From Malacoraja senta (lineage: Eukaryota): a DNA stretch of 33,183 nt. Shown here one piece after another: positions 1-11,590 of the stretch. Position 1 is the stretch's first letter, and each line of letters begins with the position of its first letter. Under the pieces are notes generated by a model. That model saw only the letters and a program-made list of their open reading frames with translations, searched no databases and was not told where the DNA came from. The position numbers were made by a program, and so were the translations under genes. The DNA is taken from assembly GCA_038087875.1 (NCBI GenBank), contig JAXLNO010000159.1, forward strand, positions 1-33,183. Direction: 5' to 3'.

Positions 1-925
1 AAGCTGGGGGGCAGTGTTAGCTGTGAGGAGGATGACTAGGAGACTGCAAGGTGACTTGGATAGGCTGGGTGAGTGGGCAAATGTTTGGCAGATGCAGTAT
101 AATGTGGATAAATGTGAGGTTATCCACTTTGGTGGCAAAAACGGGAAAGCAGACTATTATCTAAATGGTGGCCGATTAGGAAAAGGGGAGATGCAGCGAG
201 ACCTGGATGTCATGGTACACCAGTCATTGAAAGTAGGCATGCAGGTGCAGCAGGCAGTGAAGAAAGCGAATGGTATGTTAGCTTTCATAGCAAAAGGATT
301 TGAGTATAGGAGCAGGGAGGTTCTACTGCAGTTGTACCAGGGTCTTGGTGAGACCACACCTGGAGTATTGCGTACAGTTTTGGTCTCCAAATCTGAAGAA
401 GGACATTATAGCCATAGAGGGAGTGCAGAGAAGGTTCATCAGACTGATTCCTGGGATGGCAGGACTTTCATATGAAGAAAGACTGGATAGGACTTGGCTT
501 ATACTCGCTAGAATTTAGGAGATTGAGAGGGGATCTTATAGAAACTTACAAAATTCTTATGGTGTTGGACAGCTAGATGCAGGAAGATTGTTCCCGATGT
601 TGGGGAAGTCCAGGACAAGGGGTCGCAGTTTAAGGATTAAGGGGAAATCCTTTGAGACCGAGATGAGAAAAAGCTTTTTCACACAGAGAGTGGTGAATCT
701 GTGGAACTCTCTGCCACAGAGGGGTAGTTGAGGCCAGTTCATTGGCTATATTTAAGAGGGAGTTAGATGTGGCCCTTGTGGCTAAAGGGGATCAGGGGGT
801 ATGGAGAGAAGGCAGGTACGGGATACTGAGTTGGATGATCAGCCATGATCATATTGAATGGCGGTGCAGGCTCGAAGGGCCGAATGGCTTACTCCTGCAC
901 CTATTTTCTATGTATCTATGTATCT
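1..925 (+). mobile_element. CR1-clade LINE (HER1-like) 3' portion, frameshifted, runs off the window edge
   Basis: Translations LQGDLDRLGEWANVWQMQYNVDKCEVIHFG and [15 protein letters not shown] are CR1 ORF2 C-terminal motifs. The 3' UTR ends in a TTCTATGT-like tail. Confidence 0.92.
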
Positions 926-1075
926 ACGACCCCCCTCGACCTCAGTCTTCCACACCTAAGACCAACTACGACTAGCTACGAGTGGAAAATGACGTAATGT
1001 TTGCATTTTTTCCCTCGGGCCAGTTACCGACCCACGACTACCATCATGGCCAACTACAACCTACCTACGAACTAC

Positions 1076-1600
1076 TTGGAAGGACATTCTTGCTATTGAG
1101 GGAGTGCAGCGTAGGTTTACAAGGTTAATTCCCGGGATGGCGGGACTGCCATATGCTGGAGAGAATGGAGCAGCTGGGCTTGTACACTCTGGAGTTTAGA
1201 AGGATGAGAGGTTATCTCATTGAAACATATAACATTATTAAGGGCTTGGACACGCTAGAGGCAGGAACATGTTCCCGATGTTGGGGGAGTCCAGAACCAG
1301 GGCCACAGTTTAAGAATAAGGAGTAAGCCATTTAGAACGGAGACGAGGAAACACTTTTCTCACAGAGAGTGGTGAGTCTGCGGAATTCTCTGCCTCAGAG
1401 GACGGTGGAGGCCGGTTCTCTGGATGCTTTCAAGAGAGAGCTAGATAGGGCTCTTAAAGATAGCGGAGTCAGGGGATATGGGGAGAAGGCAGGAACGGGG
1501 TACTGATTGTGGATGATCAGCCATGATCACATTGAATGGCGGTGCTGGCTCGAGGGCCGAATGGCCTACTCCTGCACCTATTGTCTATTGTCTGTTGTCT
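1076..1600 (+). mobile_element. CR1 LINE 3' fragment (CTATTGT-tail subfamily)
   Basis: Encodes [18 protein letters not shown]; ends in a ctattgtctattgt tail; closely similar to the reverse complement of 2652-3180. Confidence 0.9.
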
Positions 1601-1790
1601 ATGTCCTGCTTTCTCCCCGTATCCATTGACTCCGTTAGCCCTAAGAGCTAAATCTTTTTGAATACATCAGTGAATTGGCCTCCACTGCCTTCTGTATCAG
1701 AGAATTCCACAGATTCACAACTCCTCTGGGTGAAAACGTTTTTCCTCATCTCAGTCCTAAATGGCCGACCCCTTATTCTGAAACTGTGTG
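1600..1790 (-). mobile_element. Short CR1 3' fragment
   Basis: Reverse complement of the CR1 segment ...GTGAATCTGTGGAATTCTCT...GGAGGCCAATTCAC... Confidence 0.7.
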
Positions 1791-2324
1791 ACCCCTTTTT
1801 TTACCCGTGGACATTTTTGATCAGGCTGGAAAACCGCCGCGACCTACTTGAGGCCACGAGTACGCGGAGACACTCACGAGCGCGAGGAAGAGTTACGAAG
1901 ACCTCCCAAGACCTCGTGGCCACCATGCTTCGAGTATGAGTCGGGGGCAAACTCGGCAGAGGTCGCCAGTTAGGTCGTGAAAGTGGGAACAGGGGCTTCG
2001 AGGGCAGCTGTGAACGCGGCTGAGAGAACGGGGGTGGAATATTTACTCCATTGGCTCGACAAAGTGGAGCCCTGAGTATTACAGTGAAAGGGATTGCAAG
2101 CGTAGGAAGAGGCAGAGTACAGATGGCTTATTAAGCTGTGAGCGTGCTGTGTTATCTGCCTGTCACAACCCATCCTGTACTGGGTTATCCCTGAGCTCCC
2201 CGGAGCTCGATAATCAGACACTTTTGCGTGGAATTTATAGTACAGGAACAAACCATTTGGTCCACGCTGGTGATCCTGCTATCCTGCAAACCTTTTCCCA
2301 GCATCCTCTCTTCCCCTCTTTAGA

Positions 2325-2623
2325 TTGGTTCAGAGACACAGCGCGTTTACAGGCCCTTCGGCCCACCCAGTCCGCGCCGACGAGCGATCCCGCACACTAG
2401 CAATATCCTACACACTCCAGGGACAATTCGCAATTTTACCGAAGCCAATTAGCCCTCAAACCTCACGTCTTTGGAGTGTGGAAGGAAACCGGAGCACCCG
2501 GAGAAAACCCACGCAGGTCTCGGGGAGAACGTGCAAACTCCATGCACCTGTGGTCAGGATCGAACCCGGGTCTCTGTTAGCCCTGTAAGGCAGCAACTCT
2601 ACCGCTGTGCTACCGTGCCGCCC
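2325..2623 (-). mobile_element. tRNA-derived SINE (HE1/V-SINE-like)
   Basis: Minus strand has A-box GGTAGCACAGCGG, B-box GGTTCGATCCT, the central GGAGTTTGCACGTTCTCCCC domain and a GGGCCGAAGGGCCTGT tail. Confidence 0.88.
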
Positions 2624-2651
2624 GACTATTCTGATATACTCTGCCACTTTC

Positions 2652-5006
2652 AATAGACAATAGGCAATAGACAATAGGTGCAGGAGGAGGCCATTTGGCC
2701 CTTCGAGCCAGCACCGCCATTCACTGTGATCACGGCTGATCATCCACAATCAGTACCCCGTTCCTGCCTTCTCCCCATATCCCCTGACTCCGCTATCTTT
2801 AAGAGCCCTATCTAGCTCTCTCTCGAAAGCATCCAGAGAACCGGCCTCCACCGCCCTCTGAGGCAGAGAATTCCACAGACTTAGTTACTCTCTGTGAGAA
2901 AAAGTGTTTCCTCGTCTCCGTTCTAAATGGCTTACTCTTATTCTTAAACTGTGGCCCCTGGTTCTGGACTCCCCAACATCGGGAACATGTTTCCTGCCTC
3001 TAGCGTGTCCAAACCCTTAACAATTTTTATATGTTTCAATGAGATTGCCTCTCATCTTCTAAACTCCAGAGTGTACAAGCCCAGCTGCTCAATTCTCTCA
3101 GCATATGACAGTCCCGCCATCCCGGGAATTAACCTTGTAAACCTACGCTGCACTCCCTCAAAAGCAAGATTGTCCTTCCTCAAATTAGGGGACCAAAACT
3201 GCACACAATACTCCAGGTGTGGTCTCACTAGGGCTCTGTACAACTGCAGAAGGACCTCTTTGCTCCTATATTCGATTCCTCTTGTTATAAAGGCCAACAT
3301 GCCATTCACTTTCTTCACTGCCTGCTGTACCTGCATGCTTACTGTCATAGACTGATGTACAAGGACCCCCAGATCCCGTTGTACTTCCCCTTTCCCAACT
3401 TGACGCCATTTAGATAATAATCTGCCTTCCTGTTTTTGCTACCAAAGTGGATAACCTCACATTTATCCACATTAAACTTCATCTGCCATGCATCTGCCCA
3501 CTCCCCTAACCTGTTCAAGTCACCCTGCATTCTCATAGCATCCTCCTCACAGTCCACACTGCCACCCAGCTTGTGTCAATTTGCAAATTTGCTAATGTTA
3601 CTTTGAATCCCTTCATCCAAATCATTGATGTATATTGTAAATAGCTGCGGTCCCAGCACCGAGCCTTGCGGTACCCCACTAGTCACTGCCTGCCATTCTG
3701 AAAGGGACCCGTTAATCCTACTCTTTGTTTCCTGTCTGCCAACAACTTCTCTATCCATGTCAGCACTCTATCCCCAATACCATGTGCCCTAATTTTGCCC
3801 ACTAATCTCCTATGTGGGTCCTTATCAAATGCATTCTGAAAGTCCAGATACACTACATCCACTGGCTCTCCCTTGTCCATTTTCCTAGTTACATCTTCAA
3901 AAAATTCCAGAAGATTAGTCAAGCATAGTTTCCCCTTCGTAAATCCATGCTGACTCGGACCGATCCTGTTCCTGCTATCCAAATGTGCGGCTATTTCATC
4001 TTTTATAATTGACTCCAGCATCTTCCCCACCACCGATGTCAGGCTAACTGGTCTATAATTCCCTGTTTTCTCTCTCCCGCCTTTCTTAAAAGTGGGATAA
4101 CATTAGCTACCCTCCAATCCACAGGAACTGATCCTGAGTCTATTGAACATTGGAAAATTATCACCAATGCATCCACGATTCTAGAGCCACTTCCTAAGTA
4201 CCCTGAGATGCAGACCATTCAGGCCTGGGGATTTATCAGCCTTCAGTCCCATCAGTCTACCCAACACCATTTCTGCCTAATGTGGATTTCCTTCAGTTCC
4301 TCCATCACCCCAGATCTCTGGCCACTACTATATCAGGAAGATTGTTTGTGTCCTCCTTAGTGAAGACGGATCCAAAGTACCAATTCGACTCATCTGCCAT
4401 TTCCTTTGTTCCCCATATTAAATTCACCTTTTCGGTCTTCAAGGGTCCAACTTTGGTCTTAACTAATTTTTTCCTCTTCACATACCTAAAGAAGCTTTTA
4501 CTATCCTGCTTTATATTCTTGGCTAGCTTACCTTCATACCTCAATCTTTTCTCCCCGTATTGTCTTTTTGGTTATCTTCTGTTGTTCTTTAAACATTACC
4601 CAATCCTCTTGCTTCCCGCTCATCTTTGCTACGTTGTACTTCTTCGCTTTAATTTTTATACTGTCCCTGACGTCCTTGTCAGCCATGGCCGTCCCTTTCT
4701 CCCCTTGGAATCTTTCTTCCTCCTAGGAATGAACTGATCCTGCACGTTCTGTATTATTCCTAGAAACACCTGCCATTTTTGTTCCACTGTCATCCCTGCC
4801 AGTGTATCTTTCCAGTCACCTTTGGCCAGCTCCTCCCTCATGGCCCCATAGTCCCCTTTATTCAACTGTAACACTGACACCTCCGATCTACTCTTCCCCT
4901 CTCCAATTGTAGATTAAACCTGACCATGTCATGGTCACTGCCTCCTAATGGCTCATTAACCTCGAGGTCCTTTATTCAAATCCGGTTCATTAATAACACT
5001 AAATCC
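2652..5006 (-). mobile_element. CR1 LINE, ~2.35 kb, 5'-truncated, ORF2 reverse transcriptase broken by frameshifts
   Basis: Successive minus-strand ORF pieces [50 protein letters not shown] and [16 protein letters not shown] tail at 2652-2677. Confidence 0.93.
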
Positions 5007-5023
5007 AAGATTTCTTGTTATCA

Positions 5024-5128
5024 AGAGTTAGATTTAGCCCCAAGAGCTAAATCTAACTCTCTCTTGAATTACATCCAGTGAATTGGCCTCCACTGCCTTC
5101 TGTGGCAGAGAATTCCACGGATTCACGA
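5024..5128 (-). mobile_element. CR1 3' fragment with a 15-bp fold-back at its edge
   Basis: Same motif as 1600-1790; AGAGTTAGATTTAGC (5024-5038) is the reverse complement of 5046-5060. Confidence 0.65.
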
Positions 5129-5129
5129 C

Positions 5130-5510
5130 TCATATAACCATATAACAATTACAGGATGGAAACCGGCCATCTCGGCCCTTCTAGTCCATGCCGAACACTT
5201 ACTCTCACCTAGTCCCATCTACCTGCACTCAGACCATAACCGTCCATTACTTTCCCGTCCATATACCCATCCAATTCATTTTTAAATGATAAATCGAACC
5301 AGCCTCCACCACTTCCACTGGAAGCTCATTCCACACAGCCACCACTCTCTGAGTAAAGAAGTTCCCCCTCATGTCACCCCTAAACTTCTGTCCCTTCATT
5401 TCTCGAATCTTAATTCTCCACCTTCAAGGAACCCATGCACCTGCACTCCGAGATATCTCTGCTCTACAACACTCCCCAGACCACGACCATTCACTGTGTT
5501 GCCCATGTTA
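5130..5510 (-). mobile_element. Degenerate CR1/L2-group LINE 3' fragments
   Basis: CATATAAC tail repeats plus motifs (CTCCACCACTTCC-GGAAGCTCATTCCAC-ACCACTCTCTG) similar to the reverse of 10700-10760. Appears to continue at 6152-6180 after the MITE. Confidence 0.6.
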
Positions 5511-6148
5511 AGGGCCTGTCCCATTTGGACGACCTAATCCACGAGTTTAGAAAGACTCTAGACAAGTTGAAACAAATGTCAACGGTCGTGTTGACTCGCC
5601 GAAGTAAAATACCTCCTAAGACCATGTCTACGACCTCCTACGATTATGTCTACGACCTCCTACGATTATGTCTACGACCTCCTACGACCATGTTCTACGA
5701 CCTCCTACGACTATGTCTACGACCTCCTACGACCATGTCTACGACCTCCTACGACTATGTCTACGACCTCCTACGACTATTGGCTACGACCTCCTACGAC
5801 CATGTCTACGACCTCCTACGACCATGTCTACGACCTCCTACGACCATGTCCTACGACCTCCTACGACTACTATCACGGCCGACTACGACCTATCTACGAC
5901 CTACCTACGAGTAAAAAGCATCCATTTTTTCCATGCCGACCTTAATTTTCACACGTGGACATTTTTGATCAGGCTGGAAAAACCGCCGCGACCTACTTGA
6001 GGCCACGAGTACGCGGAGACCACTCACGAGCGCGAGGAAGAGTTACGAAGACCTCCAAGGACCTCGTGGCCGACCATGCTGCCAGTATGAGTCGAGGGCA
6101 AACTCGGCAGAGGTCGCCAATTAGGTCGTGAAAGTGGGGACAGGGGCT
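5511..6148. mobile_element. Non-autonomous PIF/Harbinger-type DNA transposon (MITE) with an internal minisatellite
   Basis: Imperfect TIRs AGGGCCTGTCCCATTTGGACGACCTAAT and ATTAGGTCGTGAAAGTGGGGACAGGGGCT; TTA on both flanks (5508-5510, 6149-6151), matching the TWA TSD of Harbinger. Confidence 0.8.
5621..5890 (+). repeat. 22-bp minisatellite ATGTCTACGACCTCCTACGAYY, about 11-12 copies
   Basis: Direct tandem array with no spacers; each unit holds two CTACGA subunits. Confidence 0.95.
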
Positions 6149-6419
6149 TTATAGACTTCCCTAAAATGCCACACCTCACAGCAGTCCCGACCTCAATTCA
6201 GCGGGTGGCAGCCTTGGCTACATTTTTCTGTGCCACTTGGCCAAGGCAGCCCCCTAACCCAGCTGCCCTTGCAGATGGTGAGAAGCCACCTTGATCCTTC
6301 AACACACTGAAAGTCTCTGCTAGCTGAGGACCTTTGGCAGATGATGAACGGCAAGCTGGCCTCCAGACAGCCAGTGCGATACCGTCGGAAGTATAACTGT
6401 TTTGTTTTGGCCTCGAGAT

Positions 6420-6520
6420 ACAGTTCAGTTCAGCTTATTGTCACTTGTACCGAGGTACAGTGAACAGCTTTTGTTGTGTGCTAACCAGTCAGCGGAAGAC
6501 AATACATGATCATAGTGTAC
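6420..6520 (-). mobile_element. LINE 3'-UTR fragment (probably Rex1/Babar-like)
   Basis: Same family as 7410-7525 (opposite orientation) and 14500-14750: TTATTGTCAC-TGTACCGAGGTACAGTGAA...CCAGTCAGCGGAAGACAATACATGAT. Confidence 0.6.
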
Positions 6521-6524
6521 AGTT

Positions 6525-6652
6525 TATAAGTGACAGGAGCAGAATTTGGCCATTCGGCCCATCGTGTCTACTCTACCATGGCTGATCTGTCTCTCCTTCC
6601 TAACCCCATTCTCCTGCCTTCTCTCCATAACCCCCGACACCCGTACTGATCA
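6525..6652 (-). mobile_element. CR1 3' tail fragment
   Basis: Reverse complement of the tail GGAGAAGGCAGGAGAATGGGG...CAGCCATG...GGGCCGAATGGCC. Confidence 0.75.
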
Positions 6653-6679
6653 ATAATGTATATGTTACCAGGGGAATAT

Positions 6680-7760
6680 TGTTTAGTTTAGATACCACAC
6701 GGAAACAGGCCCATCGACCCACCGAGTCCATGCTGACCATCGGTCACCCATTCACACTATGTATCTGTATCCTGTATCTGTGCACTGAGTATAGGAGCAG
6801 GGAGGTTCTACTGCAGTTGTACAGGGTCTTGGTGAGACCACACCTGGAGTATTGCGTACAGTTTTGGTCTCCAAATCTGAGGAAGGACATTATTGCCATA
6901 GAGGGAGTGCAGAGAAGGTTCACCAGACTGATTCCTGGGATGTCAGGACTGTCTTATGAAGAAAGACTGGATAGACTTGGTTTATACTCGCTAGAATTTA
7001 GGAAGATTGAGAGGGATCTTATAGAAACTTACAAAATTCTTAAGGGGTTGGACAGGCTAGATGCAGGAAGATTGCTCCCGATGTTGGGGAAGTCCAGGAC
7101 AAGGGTCACAGCTTAAGGATAAGGGGGAAATCCTTTAAAAACCGAGATGAGAAGAACTTTTTTCACACAGAGAGTGGTGAATCTCTGGAACTCTCTGCCA
7201 CAGAGGGTAGTTGAGGCCAGTTCATTGGCTATATTTAAGAGGGAGTTAGATGTGGCCCTTGTGGCTAAAGGGGATCAGGGGGTATGAAGAGAAGGCAGGT
7301 ACGGGATACTGAGTTGGATGATCAGCCATGATCATATTGAATGGCGGTGCAGGCTCGAAGGGCCGAATGGCCTACTCCTGCACCTATTTTCTATGTTTCT
7401 ATGTTTCTATGCACTGAATGGCTCGATGGTAATCACGCATTGTCTTTCCCGCTGACTGGTTAGCGCGCAACAAAAATCTTTTCACTGTGCCTCGGAACAC
7501 GTGACAATGATCAAAACTGAACTGAACACGTTCTATGTTAAAGAAATTCATTTCTCATCAACTCCCTACATTTTACAGATGTCCAATTAACCTCCACACC
7601 CGCACGCCTTTGGGATGTGGGGGAAACTGGAAACCCACGCGGTCACAGGGAGAACGTGCAAACTCCACGCACGCAGACAGCACCCAAGGTCGGGTTCCAA
7701 ACCGGGATCTTTGACGCCACGAGGAGCAGCTCTACCCGCTGCGCCACTGTCGTGTCCCAG
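6680..7760 (-). mobile_element. HE1/V-type SINE split by nested insertions (tail 6680-6757, body and head 7526-7760)
   Basis: Tail GTTTAGTTTAGATACCACACGGAAACAGGCCC and head CCCGCTGCGCCAC lie on either side of a Rex-like UTR piece and a CR1. Confidence 0.7.
6789..7409 (+). mobile_element. CR1 LINE 3' fragment (TTCTATGT-tail subfamily) with a probable 8-bp TSD
   Basis: Encodes [29 protein letters not shown]; very similar to 301-925; TGCACTGA flanks both ends (6781-6788, 7410-7417). Confidence 0.92.
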
Positions 7761-7771
7761 CCTGTTGCATC

Positions 7772-8100
7772 CTTTTTTTGTGTGTCAAAAATAATGAATT
7801 TAATTACTATCACGATACAAGCCAAAACTATGGTGACACCCACCACCATAGTACAAATCACCAAATTATCTAGACACTAAATTTCCAAATAACTATATTA
7901 CAATCCTTACAAATCTACTAAATAACTACCGTACAACGATGTCCCTCACTAGCACCACCCGGGCGCGGACATAACCCCGGTAAAGGGGCAGGCTTCTGGC
8001 TCGGGCAGAGCCCTCTTCCGCCTGGCGCTGTGACTCACGGATGGCCGGCCTAGGAGCAACCCAACCAGGACATCTTCGGCCCTGCCCTTCACAGACCCCA
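7772..8100 (-). mobile_element. Probable Tx1/L1-group LINE 3' fragment
   Basis: Minus strand translates GRAEDVLVGLLLG, then after a frameshift AIRESQRQAEEGSARARSLPLYRGYVRARVVL. From memory this resembles a Tx1-type ORF2 C-terminus; an AT-rich UTR and short A tail follow. No search was run. Confidence 0.5.
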
Positions 8101-8161
8101 AGAAAGAGGGCGAAGTGTGAAAAAAATTCAATTTTGACATATATTGAAATAAGGGTTAAGC

Positions 8162-8700
8162 AAGTAAGTCAGTAAGTTTTATTGGCCAAGTATTCCCATA
8201 CAAGGAATTTGCCTTGGTGCTCCACCCACAAGTAAAAACATACAGTGACAGTTACGAATGACTCAGGAAACACTAAACATTAATAATAATAAAACATTAA
8301 TGATAAAACACCATTGATCAAGCATGTGGACCAACAAAATTACCAGATCAAAGGGAGGCTACAGATTTTTGGCTGTTGAGTAGAGCAACTACTCGTGGAT
8401 AAAAACTGTTTTTATGTCTGGCTGTGGCAGCTTTGACAATCCGGAGTCGCCTTCCAGAGGGAAGTGATTCAAAGAGTTTGTGGCCAGGGTGAGAGGGGTC
8501 AGAGATGATCTTGCCCGCTCGCTTCCTGGCCCTTGCAGTGTACAGTTCGTCAATGGAGGGAAGGTTTGCAGCCAATAACCTTCTCTGCTGATCGGACGAT
8601 TTGCTGCAGCCTCCAGGTGTCGTGCTTGGTAGCTGAGCCAAACAGACCATGATGGAGAAGGTGAGGACAGACTCTACGATGCTGTATAGAATTGGACCAT
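8162..8700 (-). mobile_element. Rex1/Babar-clade LINE 3' fragment
   Basis: SIVESVLTFSIMV...RAGKIISDPSHPGHKLFESLPSGRRLR...RHKNSFYP is a typical Rex1/Babar ORF end; ACTT-type tail at 8162-8177. Confidence 0.85.
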
Positions 8701-8984
8701 AGTCCAAATGAGTTTTTTTCCTGGGAACATCATTTTTCCGACAGAAGAGATACCAATGAACAAAATGACACCCCAGAAGTAGGATCATAGGGGGAGGTGC
8801 ACAGTAGGCCCCTCTGGCCCAAGGACTACCTCTGCCTAGATCCCGTCACCAGCCCCTCGGTCACTGACAGCCGAGTCGCTCCTCACCTCACCCTGTGACC
8901 CGAGGTGGAGTGGCGGTGGTCCTTGCCCCCCCGGACCCTGGCTACAAGGGATGCTTTACCGCTCCCTCAGCCGGTTGCATCCTG

Positions 8985-9488
8985 AAGTGCAGCGTAGGTT
9001 TACAAGGTTAATTCCCGGGATGGCGGGACTGTCATATGCTGAGAGAATGGAGCAGCTGGGCTTGTACACTCTGGAGTTTAGAAGGATGAGAGGAGATCTC
9101 ATTGAAACATATAAGATTGTTAAGGGCTTGGACACGCTAGAGGTAGGAAACATGTTCCCGATGTTGGGGAGTCCAGAACCAGGGGCCACACAGTTTAAGA
9201 ATAAGGGGTAAGCCATTTAGAATGGAGACGAGGAAACACTTTTCTCACAGAGAATGGTGAGTCTGTGGAATTCGTTGCCTCAGAGGCCGGTGGAGGCCGG
9301 TTCTCTGGATACTTTCAAGAGAGAGCTAGATAGGGCTCTTAAAGATAGCAGAGTCAGGGGATATGGGGAGAAGGCAGGAACGGGGTACAGATTGGGGATG
9401 ATCAGCCATGATCACATTGAATGGCGGTGCTGGCTGGAAGGGCCAAATGGCCTCCTCCTGCACCTATTGTCTATTGTCTATTGTCTAC
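8985..9488 (+). mobile_element. CR1 LINE 3' fragment (CTATTGT-tail subfamily)
   Basis: Encodes [33 protein letters not shown]; (CTATTGT)3 tail. Confidence 0.9.
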
Positions 9489-9489
9489 T

Positions 9490-9770
9490 GAACAGGTGCG
9501 ACAATTCCGACGCACTGCAACGCAAGAGGCGACGGAGAGTGGTGGAGTCAGCCCGGTCCCTCACGGGGACAGAACTCCCCTGCATCGGAAACACCTCCAC
9601 CGGCCGCCGCTGCCCCAAGATGGCGGCATCTATCAGCAAGGACTTCCACCATCCGGGCCGTGCTGCTGCCATCAGGCAGGAGGCACAGAAGCCCGAAGTC
9701 CCACACCAGCAGGTTCGGGAACAGCTACTTGCCTACAACCTGTCATGAACTAACCTGCACCACCATGATC
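9490..9770 (+). mobile_element. Degenerate Rex1/Babar-like LINE fragment
   Basis: Motifs RVVESARSLTGTELP, ASISKDFHHPG and LLPSGRR...TSRFGNSYLP. Confidence 0.7.
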
Positions 9771-9832
9771 CTACCTCCACCATGGGATACCACGAACCAC
9801 ATCGCACTACCGAGGACTTGCCTTCTAAATTG

Positions 9833-10150
9833 GGCTGCACGGTGGCGCAGCGGTAGAGTTGCTGCCTGTCTGCGAATTCAGCGCCAGAGACCCGGGTTCG
9901 ATCCCGACTACGGGTGCTGTCTGTACGGAGTTTGTACGTTTTCCCCGTGACCTGCGTGGGTTTTCTCCGAGATCTCCGGTTTCCTCCCACCCTCCAAAGA
10001 CGTGCAGGTTTGTAGGTTTATTGGCTTGGTATAAATGTAAAATTGTCCCTAGTGTGTGTAGGGTCGTGTTAGTGTGCGGGGATCGCTGGTCGGCGCAGAC
10101 CCGGTGGGGCCGAAGGGCCTGTTTCCTCTCTGTATCTCCAAACTAAACCA
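9833..10150 (+). mobile_element. tRNA-derived SINE (HE1/V-SINE-like), full length
   Basis: A-box TGGCGCAGCGG (9843-9853), B-box GGTTCGATCCC (9895-9905), central domain and AAACTAAAC tail. Confidence 0.9.
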
Positions 10151-10214
10151 ATCGCGTTTCACACTAACATCGGGTTTTTTTTGCACAGAAGTTTTTTTTA
10201 AAACTTTCTTATTG

Positions 10215-10315
10215 GGAGAAGGGGGTTCAGAGGGAGAGATAGATCAGCCATGGTTGAATGGCGGAGTAGACTTGATGGGCCGAATGGCCTAATTCTGCTC
10301 CTATCACTTATCAAC
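10215..10315 (+). mobile_element. CR1 3' tail fragment
   Basis: GATCAGCCATG-TTGAATGGCGGAGTAGACTTGATGGGCCGAATGGCCTAATTCTGCTCCTATCACTTAT. Confidence 0.75.
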
Positions 10316-10404
10316 TAATGCATGGTGGAGCCCAGTGAATCTCCGCAATGATGCAGTGGGCAATCCAGTGCATCTCCAGTGATTCCACAATGAGATCAAC
10401 TGAG

Positions 10405-10900
10405 AGAGGATGTGATAGGAAAGATGCTGTCAAGCTGGAAAGGATACAGAGAAGATTGACGAGGATGTTGCCAGGACACGAGGGGTTGACGTTGAGCAGG
10501 CCGGGACTCTATTCCCTGGAGCGCAGGAGGAGGAGGGGTGATCTTACAGAGGTGTACAAAATCATGAGAGGAATAGATCGGGTAGACGCATAGAGTCTCT
10601 TGCCCAGAGTAGGGGAATCGAGGACCAGAGGTTCAAGGTGAGGGAGGTTGGGGAGGCAGGGGAGAGGGGTGGGGGAAGATTCAATAGGAGTCTTAGAGGT
10701 AACTTTTTCACGCAAAGGGTGGTGGGTGTATGGAACGAGCAGCCAGAGGAGGTGGTTGAGGCTGGGCTTATCCCAATGGTACAGGTTTGGAGGGATATGG
10801 ACCAAACGCAGGCAGGTGGGACTAGTGTAGCTGGGACATTGTTGGCCGGTGTGGGCAAGGTTGGGCCGAAGGGCCTGTTTCCACACAATGTATCACTCCA
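10405..10900 (+). mobile_element. CR1/L2-group LINE 3' fragment sharing its tail with the SINEs
   Basis: Encodes KDAVKLERIQRRLTRMLPG...YSLERRRRRGDLTEVYKIMRG; ends GGGCCGAAGGGCCTGTTTCC as the SINEs do. Confidence 0.85.
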
Positions 10901-11236
10901 CGACACCCGGATGCGAGTCGTGGAGGAAGCTGAGGGTTAACAGGTTGGGATGCAGATTTTACGGAGAGGTTGGTTGCCAAGGCAATGAGGTTCAGGAGTT
11001 AAACAACACCAGATGGAGAAGGAAAAAAAATGTGGAGTGACTGGAAAAGTATAACAGGAAATAACAGAGTAATTGACTGCATGAGAGACAAGATATGATT
11101 GTAGTCATGTCAATGACCAGGGCTTTGTTCCAGATCCTGCCCAGGCTGAGGCAGCGTCGGTCTCAGCCAAACTGTGGCTTCCCCGTTGAAGTGGAAGTGA
11201 GATGGTGGCGATCTGATGCGGACAACACTGTTGTCC

Positions 11237-11590
11237 TGGATAGAGTGGATGTGGAGAGGATGTTTCCACTAGTGGGAGAGTCTAGGACCAGAGGGCACAG
11301 CCTCAACTTCAATGGATGTTCTTTTAGGAAGGAGATGAGGAGGAACTTCTTTAGTCAGAGGGTGGTGAATCTGTGGAATTCTTTGCCACTGACGGCTGAG
11401 GACGCCAAGTCAGTGGATATATTTAAGGCTGAGATAGATAGATTCTTGATTAGTACGGGTGTCAGGGGTTACGGGGAGAAGGCAGGAGAATGGGGTTGGG
11501 AGGGGGAGATAGATCAGCCATGATTGAATGGCGGAGTAGACTTGCTGGGCCGAATGGCCTAATTCTGCTCCTATCACTTATGAACACCTG
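11237..11590 (+). mobile_element. CR1 LINE 3' fragment
   Basis: Encodes DRVDVERMFPLVGESRTRGHSL...RRNFFSQRVVNLWNSLP; CCTATCACTTATGAAC tail. Confidence 0.88.

Larger units (their letters stand above)
925..1997 (+). mobile_element. Partial Harbinger-type MITE related to 5511-6148, split by CR1 insertions
   Basis: CTACGAC-rich segment at 925-1075. Segment 1795-1997 is nearly identical to 5950-6148, including the right TIR (AAGTGGGAACAGGGGCT). Confidence 0.7.

Noticed and set aside
1998..2320. Unique-looking sequence with short ORFs
   Set aside because: No recognisable protein similarity or convincing splice-site pair; left unannotated.
5621..5890. CRISPR-like regular repeat and overlapping ORFs
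   Set aside because: No unique spacers, eukaryotic context, and it lies inside a TIR element; it is a minisatellite.
6205..6260. SLGYIFL peptide faintly like PIGC SLIGYVLF, as a possible upstream exon
   Set aside because: The similarity does not extend, an in-frame stop follows shortly and no suitable phase-1 donor is present.
9833..9910. tRNA-like sequence with A and B boxes (also near 16955, 17595 and 22940)
   Set aside because: These are SINE heads continuing into the SINE body and tail, with no proper acceptor stem.
10900..11235. Unique segment forming the start of a 142-aa ORF
   Set aside because: The ORF is a chance read-through into a CR1 fragment; no recognisable host protein.
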